From a bacterium (GTDB lineage: Bacteria > Patescibacteriota > Dojkabacteria > GCA-016699595), in the NCBI GenBank assembly GCA_016699595.1, contig CP064982.1, forward strand, positions 507,962 through 571,961: DNA of 64,000 nucleotides, given 5' to 3'. Position numbers and translations under genes: made by a program. This document shows, in pieces, positions 47,345-58,110 of this stretch; position 1 is the stretch's first letter, and each line of letters opens with the position of its first letter. The notes under the pieces are model-generated. The model was not told the DNA's origin. It searched no databases and was given only the letters and a program-made list of their open reading frames with translations.

Positions 47345-49474
47345 TTACTCTTCTTCGCTCGCATCCTTTTTCAACCTATCTCCCAAAAGCTCAGCAACCA
47401 ATCCGTTTGGTACTATTGAATAGCTATCAAATTCCATAGTACTTGCACCCCTTCCTGATGTCATAGATCGAAGTTCCATCGTCCAACCAAACATATTTGA
47501 TAATGGAACCTTTGCTTTGACACTTTGTATATCACCATCCAAAGCGTCCATACCTTCAATCATTCCCCTTTTTGATGAGAGTGCTCCTGTTACATCACCT
47601 GCATATTGAGTAGGAACAGTAACCACAACTGTCATCATAGGCTCCAAAAGTACAGGTTTCGCTGCTTTTAGAGCTGCCCTCATAGCCATTGAACCTGCTC
47701 TTTCGAATGCTTCTGAACTTGAGTCAACATCATGATATGAACCGTCATACAGTTCAACCTTGACATCACTTGTAGGAAATCCACCAATAACACCATTACC
47801 CAGAGCTTTCTCGCAGCCATCTTGAATTGGTTTGATATACTCCCTAGGTATTGAACCTCCCTTTATAGCATCAACAAACTCAAACCCTTTCCCAACATTA
47901 GGTTCAATTCGAATCCTACAATGCCCATACTGTCCACGACCTCCAGATTGTTTGATATATTTTCCTTCCTGATCTGCAGTTCCAGTAATCGTTTCCTTGT
48001 AAGCAACTTGAGGTTTTCCTACATTTACATTTATACCGTAATCTCTTTGCATTATATCAACTTTGATCTCCAAATGAAGCTCACCCATTCCTGAAATAAT
48101 CGTTTGACCCGTTTCTTGATTTACAGTTACTTTGAATGTAGGATCTTCTTTCGTCAACTTGTTCAATGCCTCACCCATTTTTTCTTGATCAGACTTTGTC
48201 TTTGGCTCAATTGCTAGACTTACAACTGGATTTGCAAAACGAATTGTCTCAAGTATTATCGGACTACTTGGATCTGACAAAGTTTCTCCTGTGCCGGTAT
48301 CTTTCAAACCAATAATAGCTGCTATATCACCAGCTCTCACTTCTTGTACATCCTCTCTAGAATTTGCATGCAACATAACAATCCTACCAATCCTTTCATC
48401 AGCCCTTTTAATTGGATTTAAGACTGTTGTACCTGCCTTCAAAGAACCTGAATACACCCTAAAAAACGACAATGTTCCAACATGAGGGTCAACGGCTATT
48501 TTGAAGACTAATGCAGCAAAGGGATCTTTTGTATCTGGCTTTCTTTCCAAACTTACAGATTCATCTACTGGATCATGACCTTGAACTGCCCCTCTGTCAT
48601 TTGGAGATGGTAAATATCTACAAATCACATCAAGCAGTGGCTGAATCCCTTTGTTTTTTAATGATGCTCCAACTAGTACAGGAAAAATTTTGTTCTCAAT
48701 TGTAGCCTTTCTCATGACAGGATAAATTTCTTCAGGAGTGATTTCCTCGCCAGCAAAAAACTTTTCAATCAATCCATCATCAAATTCAGCAATCTTTTCA
48801 ATCATTTTTGTCCTCCATTCATTTGCAGTTTCAATCATATCTGCAGGAATTTCAGTAATCGTCATTTCCTTGACATCATCTTTGCCATATTCATAAACTT
48901 TCATAGTCACCAAGTCAATTATTCTGTACAAATCTGACTCTGCACCAATAGGAATTTGGATAGCTATAGCATCTTTTGACAGTCTAGCTTTTATAGAATC
49001 TAGTGACTTATAAAAACTTGAACCAATAGAGTCAAGTTTGTTTACATAGCAAACTCTAGGTACTTTGTATTCGTTTGCTTGTCGCCAAACAGTTTCCGAC
49101 TGAGGCTCAACCCCCATCTTGCCATCAAAACAAACTACAGCTCCATCCAAAACTCTCAACGACCTTTGAACTTCAGCAGTAAAGTCTACATGACCGGGTG
49201 TATCTATAATATTTATCCTATGAGCTTTTCCATCGGTATTCCAAAAGCAAGTAGTTGCAGCTGACTGAATAGTGATACCTCTTTCTCTTTCCTGTTGCAT
49301 GAAATCCATCTCAGCAGCACCCTCATGTACTTCGCCTAATTTATGTTTCCTCCCTGTGAAGTATAGTATTCTTTCTGTAGTTGTAGTTTTACCAGCATCA
49401 ATATGAGCTATGATACCGATATTTCTATATAAGTTTAAGTCTTTGACTTGTGTATAATCTATTGCGTTCGCCAT
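47345..49474 (-). CDS. fusA: Translation elongation factor G
   Basis: [28 protein letters not shown] and the five-domain EF-G architecture. Confidence 0.97.
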   Translation of the reverse strand: MANAIDYTQVKDLNLYRNIGIIAHIDAGKTTTTERILYFTGRKHKLGEVHEGAAEMDFMQQERERGITIQSAATTCFWNTDGKAHRINIIDTPGHVDFTAEVQRSLRVLDGAVVCFDGKMGVEPQSETVWRQANEYKVPRVCYVNKLDSIGSSFYKSLDSIKARLSKDAIAIQIPIGAESDLYRIIDLVTMKVYEYGKDDVKEMTITEIPADMIETANEWRTKMIEKIAEFDDGLIEKFFAGEEITPEEIYPVMRKATIENKIFPVLVGASLKNKGIQPLLDVICRYLPSPNDRGAVQGHDPVDESVSLERKPDTKDPFAALVFKIAVDPHVGTLSFFRVYSGSLKAGTTVLNPIKRADERIGRIVMLHANSREDVQEVRAGDIAAIIGLKDTGTGETLSDPSSPIILETIRFANPVVSLAIEPKTKSDQEKMGEALNKLTKEDPTFKVTVNQETGQTIISGMGELHLEIKVDIMQRDYGINVNVGKPQVAYKETITGTADQEGKYIKQSGGRGQYGHCRIRIEPNVGKGFEFVDAIKGGSIPREYIKPIQDGCEKALGNGVIGGFPTSDVKVELYDGSYHDVDSSSEAFERAGSMAMRAALKAAKPVLLEPMMTVVVTVPTQYAGDVTGALSSKRGMIEGMDALDGDIQSVKAKVPLSNMFGWTMELRSMTSGRGASTMEFDSYSIVPNGLVAELLGDRLKKDASEEE

Positions 49475-49636
49475 ATATTTTGTTTAAGGAATTTTCAGAA
49501 TTTCTAAAGAAAAATAAAAGTATATAAAAGTATAAAAGTAAAATTGATTATATCCTATTTTATCTGTGAATTCTATCAATACAAAATAGAAACACGTCAT
49601 CTATTCTAGCATTAAATTTGAATAATTCAATAACAA

Positions 49637-51844
49637 TCAATGAAAAAGAGAGTGTATTAAAGAAAGTAGTACATTCATCTTACCAGTACTAGCTAGAGAT
49701 GCATTGATACTAATACTAACATCCGTACTCCCCAAAACTCCTGCTATACTCTCTTTCGATACGGTTAGCATGTAGCTACTACCTGTTAGGTTTGCATTTG
49801 ATACACAACTTACACTACTTCCTGTTGCTGGTGTAGGTGTACATGTAAAGTTTGGTATAGTAACCTTATCTCCTACTTCCGTTACCACAACTACTGTAGG
49901 CTTGGTACTGTTCGTACTTGATAAGATTTCTACACGGGTACTTGTTTGTATAACTAAATTCAATACAGTCGATCTTGCTGATTCTTGTCCTGATCCATTT
50001 GTATCAGTATAACTGAGTACATAACTAGCATTTGTTACTGGGAATATCAAATTCAATGTGACTGGTCCAGTAGTTGTACATGTATAAGTTGTGAGTAGGT
50101 CATTACCACTATACACTTTTAGAGTATTTCCTACTTCACTACATATCAAGCTTACATCTGGTGTATTGTCTGATGTGACATTGTCAGTAGAAGATATACC
50201 TGTATCGCTACTAGTTAGCAGGTCAATCATTACAGGTTGAGTTGGTGGGGTACTTTCACTTACATACACATTGAAATTTTTGTCAAATACTCCCCCTAGG
50301 TTATCTGTTACTCTGATACATAGACTGTAGATACTTTTCGTTTCATAGTCTGGTTGTACATTTAGTCTTAGGTTGTTTGTTGATATATTGAAACTTCCAT
50401 CATCTAATCCTGGTACTGCACATGATAGGGAGTATGTATATGGTGAGTCTCCTTCTGCATCTGTTGCTGTCAGTACTCCAACTAGGTATGGTGATACTAT
50501 ACTCTCTGTTACTACATTATTACTTAGGCTTATGTCAGTAGGATCTTCGTTAGTATAGGTTACAAATACATCTACTATTGAATTTGTATCCCCAGGAACG
50601 AGGTTGTTAGCATCGGAAGTGAATGTTACAAATCTTCCGTCTGCAGAAATTGAAGAGAATCCAGAAAAATTATTTCCTTCTACTCCACTACTACTTACCG
50701 ATACTCTTTCTACAGTATCAGTATCTCGATCATATACAAAAATATCCTCAGTAACATTGGCATCACCAGGGACTAAATTGTTAGCATCAGAAGTGAATGT
50801 TACAAATCTTCCATCTGTAGAGATTGAAGGTACATATGAGTAGTCATTACCTTCTACCCCAGTACCACTTACTGATACTCTTTCTATATTGTCAGTATCT
50901 CGATCATATACAAATACATCTGCCATTGAATTCGTATCTCCAGGAACTAAATTGTTAGCAGCAGAAGTGAATGTTACAAATCTTCCATTTGTAGAAATTG
51001 AAGGTTCATATGAACCATCATTACCCTGTACTCCACTACTACTTACCGATACTCTTTCTACAGTATCAGTATCTCGATCATATACAAAAATATCCTCAGT
51101 AACATTGGCATCACCAGGGACTAAATTGTTAGCATCAGAAGTGAATGTTACAAATCTTCCATCTGCAGAAATTGAAGGTTCATATGAATCAATATTACCC
51201 TGTACCCCACTACTACTTACCGATACTCTTTCTACAGTGTCAGTATTTTGATCATACACAAAGATATCATCTCTAGCATTTGTATCTCCAGAAACTAAAT
51301 TGTCAGCTCGTGAAGTAAATGTTACAAATCTTCCATCTGCAGAAATTGAAGGTTGATATGAAACATGATTACCCTCTACCCCAGTACCACTTACTGATAC
51401 TCTTTCTATACTATCAGTATCTCGATCATACACAAAAATATCAGCTCTAGCATTTGTATCACCAGGGACGAGGTTATTAGCAGCAGAATAGAATGTTACA
51501 AATCTCCCATCTGCAGAAATTGAAGATTCATATGAGTAGTCATTACCTTCTACCCCAGTACCACTTACTGATACTCTTTCTATACTATCAGTATCTCGAT
51601 CATACACAAAAATATCAGCTCTAGCATTTGTATCACCAGGGACGAGGTTATTAGCATCGGAAGTGAATGTTACAAATCTTCCATCCGTAGAGGTTGAAGA
51701 TAAATATGAACCATCATTACCCTGTACTCCAGTACTATCAACTGATATTCTCTCTACATATCTTGTAGTAGCTGCATACGTAGGAAGGGTAAATATACCA
51801 AGTAGCAATAGTGTGTATGTTGTTAATTTGAGCAGTGTTTTCAT
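49637..51844 (-). CDS. Secreted surface protein with ~7 tandem 59-aa PD40/TolB-like repeats and C-terminal SLASTGK motif
   Basis: Signal peptide MKTLLKLTTYTLLLLGIFTLPTYAA; repeats of ERVSVSxxGVxGNxxSYxPSISxDGRFVTFTSxANNLVPGDTNxxxDIFVYDRDTD; C-terminus ASLASTGKMNVLLSLIHSLFH. Confidence 0.7.
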   Translation of the reverse strand: MKTLLKLTTYTLLLLGIFTLPTYAATTRYVERISVDSTGVQGNDGSYLSSTSTDGRFVTFTSDANNLVPGDTNARADIFVYDRDTDSIERVSVSGTGVEGNDYSYESSISADGRFVTFYSAANNLVPGDTNARADIFVYDRDTDSIERVSVSGTGVEGNHVSYQPSISADGRFVTFTSRADNLVSGDTNARDDIFVYDQNTDTVERVSVSSSGVQGNIDSYEPSISADGRFVTFTSDANNLVPGDANVTEDIFVYDRDTDTVERVSVSSSGVQGNDGSYEPSISTNGRFVTFTSAANNLVPGDTNSMADVFVYDRDTDNIERVSVSGTGVEGNDYSYVPSISTDGRFVTFTSDANNLVPGDANVTEDIFVYDRDTDTVERVSVSSSGVEGNNFSGFSSISADGRFVTFTSDANNLVPGDTNSIVDVFVTYTNEDPTDISLSNNVVTESIVSPYLVGVLTATDAEGDSPYTYSLSCAVPGLDDGSFNISTNNLRLNVQPDYETKSIYSLCIRVTDNLGGVFDKNFNVYVSESTPPTQPVMIDLLTSSDTGISSTDNVTSDNTPDVSLICSEVGNTLKVYSGNDLLTTYTCTTTGPVTLNLIFPVTNASYVLSYTDTNGSGQESARSTVLNLVIQTSTRVEILSSTNSTKPTVVVVTEVGDKVTIPNFTCTPTPATGSSVSCVSNANLTGSSYMLTVSKESIAGVLGSTDVSISINASLASTGKMNVLLSLIHSLFH
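50524..51769. repeat. Tandem ~177-nt repeat array (about 7 units) inside the PD40-repeat surface protein gene
   Basis: Some adjacent units are near-identical at nucleotide level over more than 100 nt (e.g. around 51377-51480 versus 51554-51657). Confidence 0.7.
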
Positions 51845-51898
51845 GTGAAAATTATTTAAGTTGATGCTAAACAATGCAATTTTATGTTAAATGCAATT

Positions 51899-52420
51899 TC
51901 ATTTCAACTTAAAATTCAAAGCATGATCCAAAATCGACAACTCTTTGGCAGTGAACCTCTCAAGCAGATAGTCAGCTCCACTCGTATATTCTTTTTGTTC
52001 TTTGGTTCTATTGTCAATCCCGACTCTAAGTCTCCAAAAGCTTTTGGTTTCGAGCCTTTGTTCGATGTCCAAAATGCCATTGTGTACCTTCGGACCTATC
52101 GCAAATTGAAGTTTGTATTCACTAAGCTGCAAATCAAGATCATCATGGATAACTAGTAATTCTTCAGGTTTTATTTTGTAATACTTTAGTTTTTTAGCTA
52201 CAAAACTACCAGATTCATTCATGAAAGTGTCTGACTTGAAAAACTTCACATCTGGGCTAAATTTCACATGCTTGAGTTCGAATATTTCGCACTTTTCGTC
52301 TCTAAACTTTGATTCAAGTCTTTCCAAAACTAGATGCCCTGCATTATGACGGGTAAATTCATACTTTTTCCCGGGATTTCCGAGTGAGACAATGAGTTTT
52401 AATTGAAAAAAGTTACTCAT
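51899..52420 (-). CDS. pth: Peptidyl-tRNA hydrolase
   Basis: KLIVSLGNPGKKYEFTRHNAGH signature; start placed at the MSNFFQ Met. Confidence 0.85.
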   Translation of the reverse strand: MSNFFQLKLIVSLGNPGKKYEFTRHNAGHLVLERLESKFRDEKCEIFELKHVKFSPDVKFFKSDTFMNESGSFVAKKLKYYKIKPEELLVIHDDLDLQLSEYKLQFAIGPKVHNGILDIEQRLETKSFWRLRVGIDNRTKEQKEYTSGADYLLERFTAKELSILDHALNFKLK

Positions 52421-52463
52421 TTTTGGATACTCCATCATTGAAATGATAGCATTCTAAGAACAA

Positions 52464-54071
52464 CTATTCTTCATTCCTCTTTTCCCACTCCATCCCAAAC
52501 TTACAAATTTTGTCCTCTTCAAATCTACTTCCTATTATCTGCATACCGATCGGAAGTTTCATGCAAACTTCACCCAAGTAATTTTTCCCAAATCCAGCTG
52601 GGTCAACAGTTGTTTTATAACCAACATTTATAGATAACCCTGGAATTCCTGCTGCATTGACTGGAATTGTGAATATATCAGCAAGATAATTGAAAACCGG
52701 ATCATCACTTTTTGTCCCAATTCCCCAAGCAACAACTGGTGAAGTAGGTGCCATTATGACATCAACTTTCTCAAATGCTTTATCAAAATCTTGTTTAATA
52801 AGCGTTCTTACTTGCATAGCTTTACTGTAATACCTGTCAGCATAACCTTTCGCCGAAGTATAAGTTCCAATCATGATTCTTCTTTTCACTTCGGGTTCAA
52901 GCAAAGCTCTATTCTCAAGATAAAATGATTCTAAATCTTGTGCATTATTCAAGGCCTCTTTTGCATCAATTGGATTGTTTTGGTCAATTTCTTTCGAAAG
53001 CCCTCCATATCTGATTCCATCAAACCTTCCCATATTACTTGCAATTTCAGTAGGAACTACGACATAGTAAACGGGGACAGCATACTTGGTATACGGCATC
53101 TGGATATCTACTAGCTCACAACCCATAATCTCAAACTCCTTGATCGCATCTAGAACAACCTTTTTGATATCTTCATCTACTCCATCTGCAAAATATTCTT
53201 GGGGAATTCCAATCTTCATACCAGCAATTGAGCTTGATTTCAATTTATCTAATTCTGATTTTACTTTTTCTACAAATTCAGATGAACTAGTATCTATGCC
53301 TTGCCCTAAAAATGGTTCATGTGAACTTGTCCCGTCTTTTGGATCATGACCTTCTATGTACTTCTGCACTATCCAAGCATCTTCAGTATTTTTTGCGAGA
53401 ACTCCAGGAGTGTCCCAACTACTTCCCATAGCAATCAAACCATACCTAGAATTTCTACCATAGCTTACTTTAAGTCCAGAAAGTCCAGTAAGTGCTGCAG
53501 GTTGCCGTATCGAACCACCTGTGTCAGTTCCTATTGAATATTCTCCGACTTCAAGTTTTACTGCAGCAGCAGATCCTGATGAGCTTCCACCAGTTATTCT
53601 GTTTATACAAACTGGATTTCTTGTTGGTCCAAACCCTGAATTTTCTCCACTTGCACCAAATGCAAACGGATCAGAATTGTTTTTTCCAATCATTATAGCT
53701 CCTGCTTTGTCAAGTCTGGCATGCGTAGTAGAGTCATATTGAGGGATGTAAGTATTGAGCATTTTTGAACTTGCAGTAGTTCGAATTCCCTTTGTAACTA
53801 TAACATCTTTGATTGTCATCGGAATTCCAGCAAGTAATGATTCTGTACTAACTGCTTCCTTGGGGAAGCTCCCCGCATTTTGCGGGGTGAATGGGTTTTT
53901 CATTTTCTCATCTACTTGCAAAGCCTTTTCTAATGCTTCTTTATCTGTCAAAGTATTTAGGAAATTTATTTCAGAGTTATACTTTTTGACTTTGTCAATT
54001 GCTACTTGAGTAAGTTCAGTTGAACTAATTTCTTTATTTTGTAGTTTTTTGTGAATATCCAAAATCGACAT
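52464..54071 (-). CDS. gatA: Glu-tRNA(Gln)/Asp-tRNA(Asn) amidotransferase subunit A
   Basis: Amidase signature GGSSSGSAAAV, GIPMTIKD, GTDTGGSIRQPAA. Confidence 0.9.
   Translation of the reverse strand: MSILDIHKKLQNKEISSTELTQVAIDKVKKYNSEINFLNTLTDKEALEKALQVDEKMKNPFTPQNAGSFPKEAVSTESLLAGIPMTIKDVIVTKGIRTTASSKMLNTYIPQYDSTTHARLDKAGAIMIGKNNSDPFAFGASGENSGFGPTRNPVCINRITGGSSSGSAAAVKLEVGEYSIGTDTGGSIRQPAALTGLSGLKVSYGRNSRYGLIAMGSSWDTPGVLAKNTEDAWIVQKYIEGHDPKDGTSSHEPFLGQGIDTSSSEFVEKVKSELDKLKSSSIAGMKIGIPQEYFADGVDEDIKKVVLDAIKEFEIMGCELVDIQMPYTKYAVPVYYVVVPTEIASNMGRFDGIRYGGLSKEIDQNNPIDAKEALNNAQDLESFYLENRALLEPEVKRRIMIGTYTSAKGYADRYYSKAMQVRTLIKQDFDKAFEKVDVIMAPTSPVVAWGIGTKSDDPVFNYLADIFTIPVNAAGIPGLSINVGYKTTVDPAGFGKNYLGEVCMKLPIGMQIIGSRFEEDKICKFGMEWEKRNEE
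53853..53905. repeat. GC-rich double-hairpin palindromic element, copy B, in-frame within gatA (coded on the opposite strand to copy A)
   Basis: GCTTCCTTGGGGAAGCTCCCCGCATTTTGCGGGGTGAATGGGTTTTTCATTTTCTC; encodes KNPFTPQNAGSFPKEAV. Confidence 0.65.
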
Positions 54072-54441
54072 CTCATGAGTTTAGCATGAAGGCATACAAA
54101 ATGCTAGATGCTCGACAAAATTAAACTCTGTGGTATAACTTCGATTATGCTAACTCCAGAACTAGCCACAGACATACTTGAATTTATTGACACACTCACA
54201 CCCAAGTTGCTACAAAGCATAACTTTAGTCAAAGTCGGTAGCGAATCGAAGGTTTATAAAAATATATAGAAGTGCTGCTGGATTAGGTGAAGTTTTTGTA
54301 GCTGGATTTGTCATTGAATCACTAAAAGCTGTTAATGAAAAAAGGGATCTTTACATACTAGCCTATTTTGTGATGTCAGGACAATCCTGGTTGCTTACTT
54401 AGGACAAGAAAGTCCGAAAGCATTCGAAGTATCTTAAATAC

Positions 54442-54723
54442 CTATTTCCTCAGCTCCTTCAATTTCCACATGAAGATCTTTCCTCTGTTTCCTGATTTGA
54501 GATTGTAGTCAATCGCAAAGTCAAAAGCTTCTCTGATCAATTTTTCATCAGTAACCTTGCAAAGTTTTATATACAAAGATTTGTGTGACAAATCATCAAG
54601 TTTAGTTGCAATCTCGACTCCAAGTTTTTGAAAATCATATTTCAAATATTTCTTTTCTTGCAATATTTTTTGAGTTATAAATCCGGAGTTTGAACTTGAA
54701 ATAATACTTGAAATCTTTTTCAT
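54442..54723 (-). CDS. Hypothetical small protein (93 aa)
   Basis: ORF only; no recognisable motif. Confidence 0.35.
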   Translation of the reverse strand: MKKISSIISSSNSGFITQKILQEKKYLKYDFQKLGVEIATKLDDLSHKSLYIKLCKVTDEKLIREAFDFAIDYNLKSGNRGKIFMWKLKELRK

Positions 54724-54796
54724 AAGAAAAATTTTAACAAATAAAAACGATTAATTGTATAATTGTGAATTGTTTTAATGTTTAACCTAATAAATC

Positions 54797-55957
54797 ATGA
54801 ACATAAAAAGCGACCCACAACTTGAAAAGTTAATTAATCTTGAAGAAAAAAGACAATCTGAAACTTGGTCATTGATAGCTTCAGAAAATGAAATGTTTGA
54901 TGAGGTTCGAGAAATTTTGGGAAGCAAGTTGAATAATAAATACTCAGAGGGTTACGCAGGCAAAAGATACTACAATGGAAATCAGTTTATAGATGAAATT
55001 GAGAATCTTGCAATTTCTAGAACTTGTGAAGGTTTCGGAGCAAATTTTGCAAATGTGCAAAGTTATTCAGGAAGTCCTGCAAACCAAGCAATTTATAAAG
55101 CACTACTAAATCCTGGTGATACAGTTTTAGGTTTTGACTTAAATTGTGGAGGACATTTGACTCATGGAGCAAGTGTGAATTTTTCAGGAAGTTACTATAA
55201 CTCTATAACTTATAAAGTAGATCCTCAAACTGAACTAATTGACTTTGAAGAAGTCAGAAAGTTAGCTTATGAGTATAAGCCAAAGCTGATAATCTGTGGA
55301 ACAACTGCATATAGTCGTGAAATAGACTTTCAAAAGTTCAAGGAAATTGCAACTGAAGTTGGTGCTTTTTTGCTTGCAGATATTTCTCATATTTCAGGTC
55401 TTATTATTTCAAATCTTCACCCTAGTCCAGTTGGAATTGCAGATGTTATGATGAGTACAACTCATAAACAACTTAGAGGTCCAAGAGGAGCTGTGATTTT
55501 GAGTAATAGTGAAGAAATTATGACAAAAATAAACAAGGCAGTTTTTCCAGGCCTTCAAGGTGGACCGCATAATAGTACAACTGCTGCAATTGCTCTTTGT
55601 ATGAAGAAAGTTAACAGTCGAGAATACAAAGATTATTGCAAACGAATTGTAGAAAACAGGAAAGTTATGCAAGATGTATTTGTGGATAATGAAATTCAAG
55701 TTGTTAGCGGTGGATCTGATAATCATCTCTTGGTTTTGAAAGTAGGAACGGGCAGAGGAAGGCAAGTTGCTGATGAACTTGAAAAGCTTGGAATAATCAT
55801 AAATGCAAATACAATTCCATTTGATCCAAGTAGTCCTTTTAAGCCAAGTGGCATAAGAATCGGAACCCCATGGATTACAAGTAGAAATATAGATAGTGAA
55901 AAGTTGACTGAATTGACAACCAAAATTGTAGAAATTGTGAAAAGTACAAATATCTAA
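54797..55957 (+). CDS. glyA: Serine hydroxymethyltransferase
   Basis: PLP-enzyme motifs GGHLTHG and TTHKQLRGPRGAVIL, YSEGYAGKRYYNG. Confidence 0.85.
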   Translation: MNIKSDPQLEKLINLEEKRQSETWSLIASENEMFDEVREILGSKLNNKYSEGYAGKRYYNGNQFIDEIENLAISRTCEGFGANFANVQSYSGSPANQAIYKALLNPGDTVLGFDLNCGGHLTHGASVNFSGSYYNSITYKVDPQTELIDFEEVRKLAYEYKPKLIICGTTAYSREIDFQKFKEIATEVGAFLLADISHISGLIISNLHPSPVGIADVMMSTTHKQLRGPRGAVILSNSEEIMTKINKAVFPGLQGGPHNSTTAAIALCMKKVNSREYKDYCKRIVENRKVMQDVFVDNEIQVVSGGSDNHLLVLKVGTGRGRQVADELEKLGIIINANTIPFDPSSPFKPSGIRIGTPWITSRNIDSEKLTELTTKIVEIVKSTNI

Positions 55958-55974
55958 ACGATCGAAATACTTCA

Positions 55975-56379
55975 ATGACTACAATTGACCTTCTAACAAT
56001 CAAAACACTTGGCCAACAAATTGCAAATATTCTTGATTCAAATCATATTAATTACTTAGTCTATGGAAGTTTCGGAAAATATCTTCATGGATTTGATATT
56101 GACAAGTGTAATGATATAGACATTATCATAAAAGAGATTGATTTAAACAAAATTTATGAAGTTTTCAAAAGTGACTATAATTGTTTTTTATATAAATACG
56201 GTTTACATGCAAACTCTAAATATTTCGCAAATTACAAAAACGAAACATTTGACATATCTTTTGATAGTTACGAACATTATTTTTTGGACAATGGTATAAA
56301 GCTCAATTTTCACAAAGACTGTCAAATCATCGATGGCATCAAGTGCATAAGCTTTGCACAAGCTGATATTCAGTTCTAA
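55975..56379 (+). CDS. Nucleotidyltransferase-fold protein, Lnu/Lin (lincosamide nucleotidyltransferase)-like
   Basis: YGSFGKYLHGFDIDKCNDIDIII fits the hG[GS]...DxD minimal NTase motif; C-terminal IKCISFAQADI resembles Lnu(A) KIPCISKEAQL (from memory). Confidence 0.45.
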   Translation: MTTIDLLTIKTLGQQIANILDSNHINYLVYGSFGKYLHGFDIDKCNDIDIIIKEIDLNKIYEVFKSDYNCFLYKYGLHANSKYFANYKNETFDISFDSYEHYFLDNGIKLNFHKDCQIIDGIKCISFAQADIQF

Positions 56380-56437
56380 AATACTCTCCAATCTTACCTT
56401 ACAATTCTCTTTCAATTTTTGCTAAAATATTTTCTGA

Positions 56438-58036
56438 ATGATCGAATTTCGAAACATATATAAAAAGTATGGAAGCAATGTGATATTTGATGGCTTTACA
56501 GAAGCTATTCAAACTGGAGAGTTTGTCTTTTTGGTAGGAGCGTCTGGATCAGGTAAATCTACATTGTTCAAAATGCTAATTAAGGCAGAAACTCCAGATA
56601 GTGGCAATATTTTGATTGATGGGTATGATCTAAATGATTTAAGAAATCCTCAATTACCCATGCTTAGAAGACAAATAGCAGTGATTTTCCAAGACTTCAA
56701 ACTTGTCCCAAACAAAACTGTTTATGAGAATTTGGAATTTGCTATTAGAGTTCAAAATATAAAGATAAATATTCCAGCAAAAATAAACGAACTTTTGGAT
56801 CTAGTTTCATTACAACACAGAAAAGACGCTCTGCCAAAGCAACTTTCGGGAGGAGAAAAGCAAAGAGTGGCAATAGCTAGAGCTATGAGTACGGATCCGA
56901 AAATTCTGCTAGCTGATGAACCAACTGGCAACCTAGATCCTCAATCGACTTGGCAGATTGTGAAATTGCTTGATGAGATAAATGAAACTGGAACAACTGT
57001 AATTATGGCGACTCATGATCCTGAGATAGTAGATACTGTAAACACTAGAATTATCCATCTTGGATCAGACAATAAAGCTGAAAATAAAACAAAACAATAT
57101 AAAGAAGAGGTGATGAATGATTTTGCAAATGAAGGTAGAAGGTTTCTATATACCGAGCCTGACTCAAAAGCAAGTACAGATATAGATAATTTTGAATCTA
57201 CTTACTTTGCTAATGATTTTACTTCATCTGATGTACAGCAACCACAAGACGAATCTTTTGAAGGTAAAATGCGAGAGGCTGAGACTAGGCAGGAAGCAAA
57301 TTCTAGATTTGCTCAAACCGAAAACATAAGACCTGAAAATGTCAAAGGTAGCTTACTGAACGAAACACAAGAAAATAAGCATGAAGATAGAGCAAGTGAA
57401 TTTGAGAAAAGTTTTGCAACAAAGCGAAGTATATTCGGAAGTAATTTGACAGAGAGAAAACCAGCTTCACCTAACACAAATCAGAAACAAAATTACAGCT
57501 CAACTTTGACTAGTAATAATCATGTCAAAAAGCCAAAGAATGACATGTCGTTGAATAAGGACCGTAAACATAATGAGAGGAAATCAGATGATAAACCAAA
57601 AATCGATAAGAATTCTATAGAAAATAAGTCATACTCTATAGCTGAAAATCAGAATGTACCACACAAGCAATTTCAAAATACTTCACTAGCTAGATTCAAA
57701 AGTATTTTTAGCAAAAACAAAGTAACTTCTGATACTGTGGACAAAAAGATCAGCATCGACATAGTAGAACCGACAACTCAAACAAAAGAGTCACATACAA
57801 GCAAACATTATCAAGGCTTCACTTATACTACAACGAAAGTTTCACAAATTTCAAATGACAATGTCGATGAACTTGAAGTTCTTGATTTGCCAGAAGATAT
57901 AAAAAGAACACTAAGGATAAATAGAGTTCGGACCATTCGACAACTGAAACTAATGAGCGAATTTGAGCTAAATAAACTTGTTGGAAGTTTGAATACTTGG
58001 AAAGTGAAGAAGGCTATAGAGAAAGTCAGATTGTAA
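56438..58036 (+). CDS. ftsE: FtsE-like ABC ATPase with ~300-aa low-complexity C-terminal extension ending in an RpoA-CTD-like HhH segment
   Basis: Walker [13 protein letters not shown] signature [14 protein letters not shown], Walker [14 protein letters not shown]-loop; C-terminal [48 protein letters not shown]. Confidence 0.75.
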   Translation: MIEFRNIYKKYGSNVIFDGFTEAIQTGEFVFLVGASGSGKSTLFKMLIKAETPDSGNILIDGYDLNDLRNPQLPMLRRQIAVIFQDFKLVPNKTVYENLEFAIRVQNIKINIPAKINELLDLVSLQHRKDALPKQLSGGEKQRVAIARAMSTDPKILLADEPTGNLDPQSTWQIVKLLDEINETGTTVIMATHDPEIVDTVNTRIIHLGSDNKAENKTKQYKEEVMNDFANEGRRFLYTEPDSKASTDIDNFESTYFANDFTSSDVQQPQDESFEGKMREAETRQEANSRFAQTENIRPENVKGSLLNETQENKHEDRASEFEKSFATKRSIFGSNLTERKPASPNTNQKQNYSSTLTSNNHVKKPKNDMSLNKDRKHNERKSDDKPKIDKNSIENKSYSIAENQNVPHKQFQNTSLARFKSIFSKNKVTSDTVDKKISIDIVEPTTQTKESHTSKHYQGFTYTTTKVSQISNDNVDELEVLDLPEDIKRTLRINRVRTIRQLKLMSEFELNKLVGSLNTWKVKKAIEKVRL

Positions 58037-58110
58037 GAATTATAGAAAGTAACTTAAAGAACTCTATTGAATTTATGAGTTCAAGCAAATTAGTTGATCC
58101 AGTTGACAGA

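Noticed and set aside
54395-54420. GAAAGTCCG, resembling the conserved P4 region of RNase P RNA
   Set aside because: Only a 9-nt match with no flanking conserved regions or appropriate helices recognisable by eye; needs a covariance-model scan before any call.
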